Of a DNA stretch of 64,000 nt, positions 42,318-52,800 are shown one piece after another; position 1 is the stretch's first letter, and each line of letters starts with the position of its first letter. The stretch spans positions 248,001 to 312,000 of the forward strand of contig NMRA01000139.1 of NCBI GenBank assembly GCA_002633005.1, read 5' to 3'. This DNA is from Phoronis australis. Taxonomy: Eukaryota > Animalia > Phoronida. The notes below the pieces were generated by a model that did not search any database, was not told the DNA's origin, and saw only the letters and a program-made list of their open reading frames with translations. The translations under genes and the position numbers were made by a program.

Positions 42318-45300
42318 CTGAAAAACAAGTAAAACTATATTATTAACAAAATGACGGGAAACACGTTTTCCAAGATAAAATCTCACAATATTTTCAGACG
42401 AAAAAGTTGTTTGTACACAGCTGTGACCGAGAAATTGAAGGACTTTCAATTGCCCTTTGAAGCCAGTTCAAAGCAAACTCAATTCAAGTTCAAGATCATA
42501 TGGAACAAGTTTTTGTGTGACATTAACGTAAACCCCAAACATCCTTTTGCAATAATAAAAAAAAATTAAAGAGGGATCAAATTGGCACACTTAATGTTAA
42601 ACATTTTAATAACTTAAATGTATAATTGTCCACCATTAAAACATATGATTTCGCTTCAATTAAAATATTTAAATATAATTATGGCCTTTTAAACATTTCT
42701 GGTGTGCCGACCACATACCATTAGAAGGTGTGCCAACCACGAACATTGAAGCCACGAGTCTCAAAGATGACTCACTTAGATTCTACAGTCAGTGTGGCAA
42801 AGGACTCCGTAGTGTATAGACCTATTTACTAGTATTTCAGTATTATATGTAGTTATCATGTTTCAACAAGCAATATACGTGTTATACCAATTTACTGTGT
42901 TACCACCTACACAACAATTGGCGACGAGGATAAAGCAGAACTTCATAATGGCTCAACATTTTCACGTGCCTGTACCGCCAACTTACTGGCCCACTGGACT
43001 GGACACTCCATCTTTCAAGTTCGAACAGTTCCTTGAAATGCTGGAGGACTACTTCGTATTAACGGACGCTAACCAAAAGGAAGGCAACCACCTTACCCAT
43101 CAACAAAAAAATATGCTACTGCGATCGTTTCTGGGACCTACGGCTATTGCCCAATTGGATGCCCATCCCAATGGCAAAATGTACAAATCGGCCGATACTA
43201 CATATACAGCGTATGTAGACTCGAGGGGTCTTTAAGACTTATACGAATCATGAAGAACAATTGCCTTTTCCATTTTTCAAGGGGCTCTGACATTGTTGTG
43301 AATGGTCGCAGTACAAAGTTCTGGAGTCAGATTTTGCCTAATTCTGTTGAACTGTCTTTGTTCATTTGGATCCGCTGAGTCCAAATTTGTTATTGGGCAC
43401 GTAAGGGAACAAGATTGGGCAACAGTTGGATGTAACAACAGGCTCACATTTTGAGAACCAGTTTGATGCCTGTTATACAGTGGGGTTGGATCTGCGGGCA
43501 CGTTATACCAGATTACTATGAAAAATTGTACAAGGACATCATAAATCTACCACAGGTTTTCTAAACAAACCATTTGTTTTTGAAGCAATGTGATTTGACC
43601 CTTCATTTTGTTTACAAAAGATTTTGTATATTAATCAAATTTATTTCAATAGTGTGAAAAAAAGAAATGAACAAGCAATTGGAAATACAACCTTGTTACA
43701 TCTAAATTTTAACTGTTACTAGCTAGTGACAATGCAGAGACGAGGCCAAATAACCCCTCCTGAGTGCACAACTACTAGTACAGTACACTGAGTACAGTAA
43801 AATCTCACCAACTTAGTATACAATATGGCCGACAAGTGACACTTTTTTATCTTTTTTCCACCCGAGACATGAGCAGCACTAAAATAAAGGCTCTGGGTTT
43901 TGTACAGTCCACCATCAGATATGAAAGTGTGAGAGCCTTCACAATTAGAAGCCCTTCAACAATGAAAGGGTAATTTGGCAATTGAGTTTAGTTCGAATTT
44001 TACTGTATGCAAATTTGTACAAAATACAACGTCCAATGTAAGAAAATATGGAAGCCACATCTGGCAAAGTAAATAGGCGAGTTATATTCCAGTCAATTCT
44101 AGCAATCTGAGGCCAAATGTCACGAGTTGGAACTAGTCAAATCGAAGCCGTAAATAGTTTGAGTGCAAGTAATCATGTCTTCACCTGGTTGATGTTGCAT
44201 ATAGTGTACCCATCCTTGACTCTGCTGTATACCCATAGACCTCCACTCCTTCTCGTCCATCAAGCGTGTTTTGGGCACCTGCTTGGCAATATCTTTTGGC
44301 AGCAATACATGTCTGAAAGGTGGAAAGAAAAATTTGACTACAATTATAGCCAAGCTGTTTTGGTGATTTCTATCAACCTTCGCACCACTGGCATCTCACT
44401 TGAGTGATAAGAAGTAGGATTCCACTAAGATCACGTACTCGCTGTGATATAAAATGGATGCAATGGTTCTTGGTGGGTGATCTCTCTGTATCTACAGTGA
44501 GTTGTTGTCTAACTCGCCTAAAGCGTAGGTCACGCTTGCCTGTTTAGCAGACTTTGCAAGATGTTTTCAACATTTGCTCCGAATGCGTGAGGGCTGGCAG
44601 GGGTTACAGAGCATTTTGTTTTAGACAGCTGGATAGGAAAATCTTTAATATCTGTTAATCAGTCCAAACCAAACGTTTTATCCCATTAGCGTTGAATTAG
44701 TCGAGTGCAATACGGCCATGTGATATGTTTTCCATATTCACCTCCAGCATTGCTGCAACAGTGCCACGGGACATTATTCTGTGTATCGACTGATACCTTC
44801 GGAATAATGTCTCTTGGGATATCTACGTCACTCTCTGTACGTTTTGTGTATGTATATCCTTTTTAACATATTAAGTGAAACTTCATGGTTAATGAAACTT
44901 CCCAAAAGTTCTTAAAACATGATTTTTTGCTGAAAACACCAATTTTGCGAGGAGTGCTCGCAGCGTTAGAAATGACCAGTTGCCTATTTGGCCCTATTTG
45001 GGCAACTGAAGCCGGAAGGAGTCGGACTGTTCAAAAAATGTTATTATGGGATCATTTGTTCGAGTTTGAAGGAATTAAAAGACATTCACAATTTCACAGC
45101 CCCTCAAGGTCCAAGGTGTCGCACTCATTATATCAACGAGACTTTGAATGCAATCACTCAGTTACAATGTGAGGCCTGTGAGGGCGGCATAATTCGTAGA
45201 ACTAGTAGCTTCCGTCAACGTCATATGAAGGGCTAAAGGAGCATTGAAAGTGGCGTGAACGGGTCCATCTTGAAAATGGCTGCCAAGAACCATCTTTCAC

Positions 45301-45536
45301 TGAATAACGAACCCGGAGCATCACCGTCGCGACTGCCAGTCGAGACCGTGGTCATTTTTTACCCCTACTCTGCACCTCGCCCTCGACGCCTCGCCTGACG
45401 CGTCACAGTCCACCAATAGTGACCAATTCTGTGACTAAAAAAGTCTTGAGTAGGACACAATGCTTATTACAAACCTGTACTCATGACCATCATCGGCCTC
45501 GTATTTGTCAGAGTAGTAAATTTGGTGCTTTGACAT
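42247..45536 (-). CDS. CKS1: Cyclin-dependent kinases regulatory subunit (CKS1/CKS2/Suc1 family), 3 exons, 86 aa
   Basis: Exons 45536-45475, 44312-44185 and 42317-42247 join through GT-AG introns. The product is [86 protein letters not shown]. It has the hallmark YSDKY, EYRHV, QSxGW and HxPEPH motifs. Total 261 nt, in frame. Confidence 0.97.
42840..43235 (+). mobile_element. Truncated Ty3/Gypsy (Mag-like) LTR retrotransposon 5' fragment in CKS intron 2
   Basis: LTR-like end ...ACAACA (42916); PBS TGGCGACGAGGAT (42919) complementary to a tRNA-Ser 3' end; gag-like ORF from 42948 (PPTYWP...[12 protein letters not shown]...[11 protein letters not shown]). The 5' boundary is approximate. Confidence 0.75.
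44185..44312 (-). CDS. CKS1: CKS exon 2 (128 nt)
   Basis: Acceptor CCTTTCAG|, [14 protein letters not shown]...[10 protein letters not shown], donor G|GTGAAG. Confidence 0.97.
45475..45536 (-). CDS. CKS1: CKS exon 1
   Basis: ATG at 45536, [20 protein letters not shown], donor AG|GTTTGT. Confidence 0.95.
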
Positions 45537-45609
45537 TTTATGAAGTAATTTGAGTTGAGTATCTAACAAATGAAGCAACCAACACGACCCGAAATTGACG
45601 AACACCCTT

Positions 45610-45700
45610 GTGATTTTAAATTCCGTGCACTTGCCAATCAGCGAGAGCTTATTGGTCATGATTGTCACGTGGGCACAGTTTACTATTTTCATTGGCTGAT
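45610..45700 (-). promoter_or_regulatory. CKS proximal promoter: CHR-like TTTAAA, three CCAAT boxes, E-box
   Basis: TTTAAA 45615-45620; CCAAT/ATTGG at 45634, 45651 and 45691; CACGTG at 45666; all 80-160 bp upstream of the ATG. Confidence 0.6.
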
Positions 45701-46285
45701 TTTCAGTTTAAAGGTCATAATTTTTAAAATTTGGATTGACTTTGATGTTTACTACATCGTTATTCATTTGGTTATTCAAATGTCCGGTTCATTATTTTGT
45801 ATTAAGTTTTAATTTCTATTTTTTACAAAATTAATAATTTATTAATGCGACGCTTACGGCAAAACGCGATACTAACGACAGCCATGTTTGTTGTTATTAT
45901 TTCCGCATCATACAGAAGTGAAAACTGCGCCACCCATTAAAGTCCATGAGTAATAAAGGAGTTGCGGGTTAACACACTCACGAACGATTTGTTGCGGGAC
46001 ACCGCCAAGGTAAAACTTTTTGAATTACGAGAATGATTTTGTTCCATAGATTCAGTAGGTCACACTCTTCATTTAATTTTGGCTCTGAAATTGAAAAGTT
46101 ACGTTTTGTAATGTACACTCCGAAACCCTATAGTCGTCCGCCTAAGCATAAAACCGGCTTGTTGTCTTACTCACCCAATTATTCCACTTCAAAGTTATGA
46201 TCTGAATAGGACTTGATTTAACTCTCACAAATATATAGTATTCGTTGATTCAAACGTTTTCTTTTACTTAAGCCGAGTTGTTCAA

Positions 46286-46623
46286 NNNNNNNNNNNNNNN
46301 NNNNNNNNNNNNNNNNNNNNNNNNNNNNNNNNNNNNNNNNNNNNNNNNNNNNNNNNNNNNNNNNNNNNNNNNNNNNNNNNNNNNNNNNNNNNNNNNNNNN
46401 NNNNNNNNNNNNNNNNNNNNNNNNNNNNNNNNNNNNNNNNNNNNNNNNNNNNNNNNNNNNNNNNNNNNNNNNNNNNNNNNNNNNNNNNNNNNNNNNNNNN
46501 NNNNNNNNNNNNNNNNNNNNNNNNNNNNNNNNNNNNNNNNNNNNNNNNNNNNNNNNNNNNNNNNNNNNNNNNNNNNNNNNNNNNNNNNNNNNNNNNNNNN
46601 NNNNNNNNNNNNNNNNNNNNNNN
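46286..46623. other. Assembly gap inside the CKS-Shc intergenic region
   Basis: N run. Confidence 1.
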
Positions 46624-46801
46624 TGCATTAGTAAAATCAACAAGTTTTTAAGTGGTCTCAAAAAAACAGTCGGTAAATGCATTAATTTTAGTCTCAGTTC
46701 TTCCACGCGTGTTTCTCCCGAGAGGTTAGTACCTAACGTGCAGACGAGCGTTCCAAATTGGAACGCTAAGTCCCGCGTGGCAGCGCTGCACGCGAAACAA
46801 G

Positions 46802-46835
46802 ATGGCGGACGACCTTTGGAGACTGACGACGAGAG
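46802..46835 (+). CDS. SHC1: Shc putative first coding exon ([11 protein letters not shown])
   Basis: Strong Kozak AAGATGG and donor GAG|GTAATC; splicing to 48289 is in frame with the ATG at 48297. Confidence 0.6.
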
Positions 46836-49800
46836 GTAATCGGACTATATGTCTGCCTTCGCTCTTCAGAGTGCCAGTGACCACCGTCTCTGCTCTGCCT
46901 CTAGCTGGCTTTATTGAGCCAGCTAGAGTCGGTGATCACTGTCTAGACTCCACTTAACCTAGCAATTCCCCACAGTAAAATTTGTTCCTGCTGGGTAAGT
47001 GTGGTTGTGGGCATTAGCAGGAAATCGCTGACCGTGGGATAAACGCTTGTTTTTCTGGATACAACTAAGATCTTTAGCCAGAGATCATCGAATAGAGGTT
47101 TTACATTGTAGACAGTACCACCATCTAAACTGGCTGTAGAGATGGAGGGTAAAAGTTGAGGAAACTGGTCTCTCTTCAAAATGGCTTCTGGGGACCATTT
47201 TTTTTTACTGAATATCTGACATAACTGTCATCGCAGTTACTCAGTGATAACGGGTTCCTGGCAACTATTTTCAAGAAGGACCCATTCACTCGACTTTTAC
47301 CAAGAGGGTGGCCATCCCATAGGCCCTTCATATGCCGGCAACTTTTCAGTGAATTATGCCTCACACTGATTAAACCTCATCAATGTGATGTTGCTATAAG
47401 TACCTTTTGTGCATAGAGAGACACCCTAGAAGGCTGTTGATGTCTTTAATTTCTTCACACTCAGTCAAATATACTCGAAATCAAACTTTTTTCTGAATAG
47501 TCCTTTGTTCAAAATTGCCCAAATCGGCAACTGGCCATTTTTACTCTGCTCATGCCAAGCAATATGACGTTACATCCCCTGGCATGAACAGTGTATAAAT
47601 AGCTAGTTGCCAATTTGGGCAACTGAACAAAGGACTGTTTTGAAAAATTTGATTGCAGGAGTATTTGTATGAGCTGAGAAGTGTGAAAGACATCAACGGT
47701 CTCCTAAGGTGTCCCTCTATGCTCAATAGGTACTTACAGCAACATCACATTGAGGCATAATTCGCCGAAAAGCTGGCGGCATATGGAGGGCCTATGGGAT
47801 CACCACCGTCTGGAAGGGGGCCAGTTGAGATGGTGGTACTGTCTGTTGAAAACTAGGCTTTACTTTTCTACTTCTCTTTCTCATAAATTGTCTTCGAATG
47901 GACTCACAAAATGTCGCCGATTCCTGTAACATGTTATTTGGCAGTTCTAAGTTTGCCAACTCGTGGACATTTAAAATGCTCTGCCTGAGTGGTTTTTAGC
48001 TATGCTAAAAGAATCTAGGAAGGCTGCGGGGGGGNGGGGGGGGTGGGTGTTCACGGCTCGATTACACGCTGAGGCTGTTCTCAGAAAATTACTTTTCACG
48101 GACAATGTCCCTTTAAACTCTGCACTTGCATGTTTGTTGTTTCTTGTTTATTTCTGCTTATCATAAATGTTTCAAACACATTTGTCAATGTTTTAACTGT
48201 TGTCAAACTTTAGGAGTAGAAGCATAATAAGTCACATATATGTTCATAAGTTCTTAATACGGAATTAGATAAAAATAATGTTTTGCAGTAATTGCCATGT
48301 TTCGCAAAAAGAAACCCAATGCACCTGAGTGGACCAACAGAGGGACATTCCTGAACAGACCAGAAAGGGGCTGGATACATGATAACAACCAGTTGAAACC
48401 CGGTGCTGGAATATGTTACGGTGTGAGGGTACGTTTAAAGAGTCACATGCATAGAGTAGTTGTGATTGTCAGCCCTTCAATATCAGTATTAAGTAGGAAC
48501 CCGGGGTCTCACTCATATTGACAAGATGCCCACAGGCGTATACCAAAATTAAGGATAGGCAGTACTTTTCAGCAAGTTTTGCAGGACCTGCATGGGGTCT
48601 TATAGGCCCCTAAATTTCCATTTCATCCCTGTAAAAGGCCACTGCATTTGCCTCAGCTCCACAAATGGAACACTGGCCGTATTCCTACAGAAAAATCTAC
48701 GTCGCAAAAAGGGGCGGCACACCTGGCATCTGCAATAAGAGGTCTCTCAGCAATTTTTGGTACATGCCCGTGGACACCTTTTCAATTAGAGTGACTCCCC
48801 GGGGTAGCAAGACAAATTTCATTAAAGCTCCAGCATATCCTTAATCATCAACTTCAACAAAACAAATTGTAGTGTGCAAAGCGCTGGGTTTGACATTATG
48901 GGACATTTACTGTACATTTTCTGTTTGCATTTGCTGTTGTAGCTGATTTCAAGCAAAGTAATATCCAAAGTTGGGTAATGGTAGGGTAGGTGGGTTCTTG
49001 ATTTAAAATTGATTTGAGAACCAGTTAGTACCACTGAATGAGGAGTGTTATTCAGTGGCAGTAACTGGTTCTCAAATCAGGGACCCATGTATCCGACTAT
49101 TACCCAAAAGTTGATTATTTTTCACAAGTTTTTCAAGACGTTTTTGTGAGTGGCCACAAGTTGCAACGTAGTGCTGTATCAGCCTGGAATAACCTGAAGC
49201 TGACAAAACATTGATTTGGCGCCATGCATCTTTTAAGAAAAAGCAACACAATAAAGTTTAACTTGTCCCCTGTAGTGTGCCCCTCAGAGAGATTCTACCA
49301 ATTTGAAAGTATCCCTCGAACATGACTTCTCAAAGTCTTGGATCTATCTCTTGAGTGACCTTTCACCTTTGCTTTCTTCACAGTATGTTGGTTGTCTTGA
49401 GGTGCTACAGTCCATGAAGGCGTTAGACTTTGACACAAGAACCCTGGTGGCCAAGTAAGTTGAGACGAGTTCTAGTGGTCTAAATCTAAGCTGGCCTTTT
49501 TGTGGCAGAAACCGAGGTCATGTCAGCTTTAAATATCTTGTAGCATGTAGACTACATCATGTTGACTGTGATTAAAAATAAACACATTGTATCCTTCCTG
49601 CCACATTTCCTGATCACACTGATAAGTTGTGGTGAGTAGATGTATGAGGCTCACAAACAAGGGTCAAGGGTCATGACTTGGTTTCTCAACAACCAAACCT
49701 TACTTTGTTGCGATTAAATATCCAACCACTGTGACAGCTTGATTAGCCGACCTGCATATCTCCAATGGGACATTGGATTTTGTTTGGTGATATTGTAAAA

Positions 49801-52800
49801 ATCCAGGTTGCCACACCACATCCGAGCACACACTCGAAATACTACAGGCAGTAGAATGTATACAGATTAAAGGGGAAATATTTCTTCCGACAGATTCAAA
49901 GTCAAAGTGAAAAACGCTCCATATTGAGTACATACGTATTGTAAATTAGCATTCATGTTAGCCGTGTGCAAGATGGGCATAGTTGACAGAGTTGAAACGC
50001 AATTTCTAGTTCACGGACATTTGAGATGTTGGACAGCTTTGTGTGAATTATTTCATTTTCCCAGTGCCACACAACAATAGCAATTCAACTACATGTGCAT
50101 GGTGGTGACGGAGAATTTATAAAACATGCTGGGAAATGTCACTGATTTAAATCCCTCTACAAGAGTGCAGGGCGCTGTCCACTCTCTACAAGAGTGCAGG
50201 GTGCTGTTCACTCTCTACAAGAGTGCAGGGCGCTGTCCACTCTCTACAAGAGTGCATGGTGCTGTTCACTCTCCACAAGAGTGCAGGACGCTTTCCACTA
50301 TCTACAAGAGTGCAGGGCGCTGTCCACTCTCTACAAGAGTGCAGGGCGCTGTCCACTGTTTACTTTATCCTCATCTAGCCACAATGCGCATTTCATTTTG
50401 TTGCTGATTTATCTAAAATGGCTCTCGCATGGTGGCTTTGATGAACTAATTTTCTATTCAAATCATGCAGGACAACCGCTTAAGTTTTATGGGTAGTAGG
50501 GAGAATTGAAAGCTTTGATGTGTATGTTGAAGGTACACTTGGAATGTAATGCATGCTTGAGAAGGGTCTGAAATAAAATCTGTTTTATTTTTCAGGGAAT
50601 GTATCAATAGAGTTTGTGATGCAGCTGGTCTGAAAACATACAATAAAAAGAAAAAGGTACTTGTTGTTTTCTTCTGAATCACCAATTATGAAATGCCAGT
50701 GAGCAGTTAAATAAGCTTCTTGAGAAATGCACACATCACGCCACCATGTATATCACCTCAACTGCCACAAAGCCAGAGATGTCACTTAACATTAAGTGAG
50801 GAATTGTTTTTCAGCTACTCTAAAATAATATATCTCCAGTAGTACGTGGTATTTAGACAATTACATTCAGTCATTTTCATATTTTAAGGACAAGAAGATC
50901 ACCAGGATGTTGTCCGAGTTTCCCAATATGCAATACGCCGGCTCCAACGTGACCCTGACAATCACAACAGACAGCATCAACCTGATGATCATGGAGTCAG
51001 GGGAGATAATAGCCAATCACAACATGCCCGGCATCTCGTTTGCCTCAGGAGGTGACTCTGTGAGTTCATGTTATGTAGTACTGTAAATTAAAAGAGATCT
51101 TTCTTGTAACGTCTGGTTCAGTGACTTGGATGTCCATCTTGCGTGCGTGCTCATCCAGTAGGCATCTTAGTATACGCGCTGAACAGTATCTGACAAATGG
51201 AACTCACCTCCATAGTAGCTGTCATGTTGTGTAAATAGTACTTGGTTAGTTCAGGGTGTGAAAGTCTCGCTGCGACTGATACAGATCAGTTTTCATTTTT
51301 CACGACTTAACGGTAAAATCTCTCCAATTTAGGACACAATACGACCGACGTGCGAGATTTTACATTATTGTTTTTGTCATGAAACATATGCAGCACAATA
51401 ATAAATGATATTCCTTCTTCATGTTCTGTTCCACAGCAAACATCAAAGAGAGTTTTTGGAAAAATTTTGGGTATTCACAACAAAGGTTAGAAGCAATTGA
51501 GAAATGAAAAAAGGACATTCTTGTCCGAAATAAGTAGGATGTTACCATAGTTTGTGTCACTAAACCTAAGTTCCTCTGTCTGCTTGTCACTTATAGTCAG
51601 ACATAGTCAATGCTTTATTTCATTTTTATTTTCATGGACTGTAATTACCACACAGTGATCGTTAACCTATATAATTTATGAGCAATGGTTGACCCAGCAC
51701 TCACTAGGTGGTGCTATCTGGTTATCTGAATAAATTGAGAACAGATATCTGTTTACCAGCATGGAGACATTTGTGAGATGAATATTCCGCATAACAATGT
51801 AAATTCATGCATTTTACTCATAGGACCGAAATTTCAGGGGCGCCACTTTGTGATTTTGGAGCTCCTAATTGTATAACCCTTTGTACGGTTGTCTAGACAT
51901 TCACGAAACACACATTTGATTTGTATAGTATCGTACAGTCATTCTGACTAAAATGTCCTGTGACATGTCTATTTTCTCATGGTTGCCAGGAAACCACCGA
52001 TTTTGTGGCGTATGTTGCCAAGGACACCATCAATCAACGGGCATGTCACGTACTGGAATGTGGCAGTGGCCTGGCGCAGGACGTCATCACTACCATAGGC
52101 CAGGCCTTCGAGCTGCGCTACAAGGAATATCTAGCAAACCAGCCGCGACCTATGGCTTTACCTGACAGGTAAGTTCTACGAATAATATTTCACAATCTGT
52201 CTTCGAAGCCTAGGAAAATGGTGAATCCACTTACTTTGCCTGTTTAACATGTGTAATATAAACATGCGTCTTTCTTTTCATTGCTTAAGTGAGCATTTGG
52301 TTTTCATGTGGTTTTGGGTCTTGCAAAGAACTGACAACTGGTTATTTCTCCAGACCATGTTCGGCAAATAAAAGGTCATGGCGTCACAGGCAAACTTTTG
52401 GAGCCTTGTTTCAAGCAGTAACGTTATGTAGATTCTTTCCAAACACAGAAATTACTCCTAGTTTGACTAATGAACAACGTGAGACCGATTTTATAAAAGT
52501 TAGTGGTCTAAGTAAAAAATTGGGTTTGAGACTAAAGGTGTGTTTGAGACTAAAGGTGGGTTTGGAACTAAAGGTGGGTTTGGGACTAAAAGTGGGTTTG
52601 GGACTAAAGGAGGGTTTGAGACTGAAGGTGGGTTTTAGACTTAAGGTGGGTTTGAGACTACAGGTGGGTTTAGTGCCACGTTAAACTGGTCTTCTAAATT
52701 CTCAAATACAACCAAAAGGAGGTTTGATTCAGCTGTTTGCATGTTGTTGTAATTGTCAGACTGGAGCAGCCCCTGTTTATGGATGGTGAACATGCCAAGT

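Noticed and set aside
50126-50496. Overlapping repeat ORFs
   Set aside because: Translation of the 29-bp minisatellite
52289-52684. 131-aa LKVGL-repeat ORF
   Set aside because: Translation of the 18-bp intronic minisatellite
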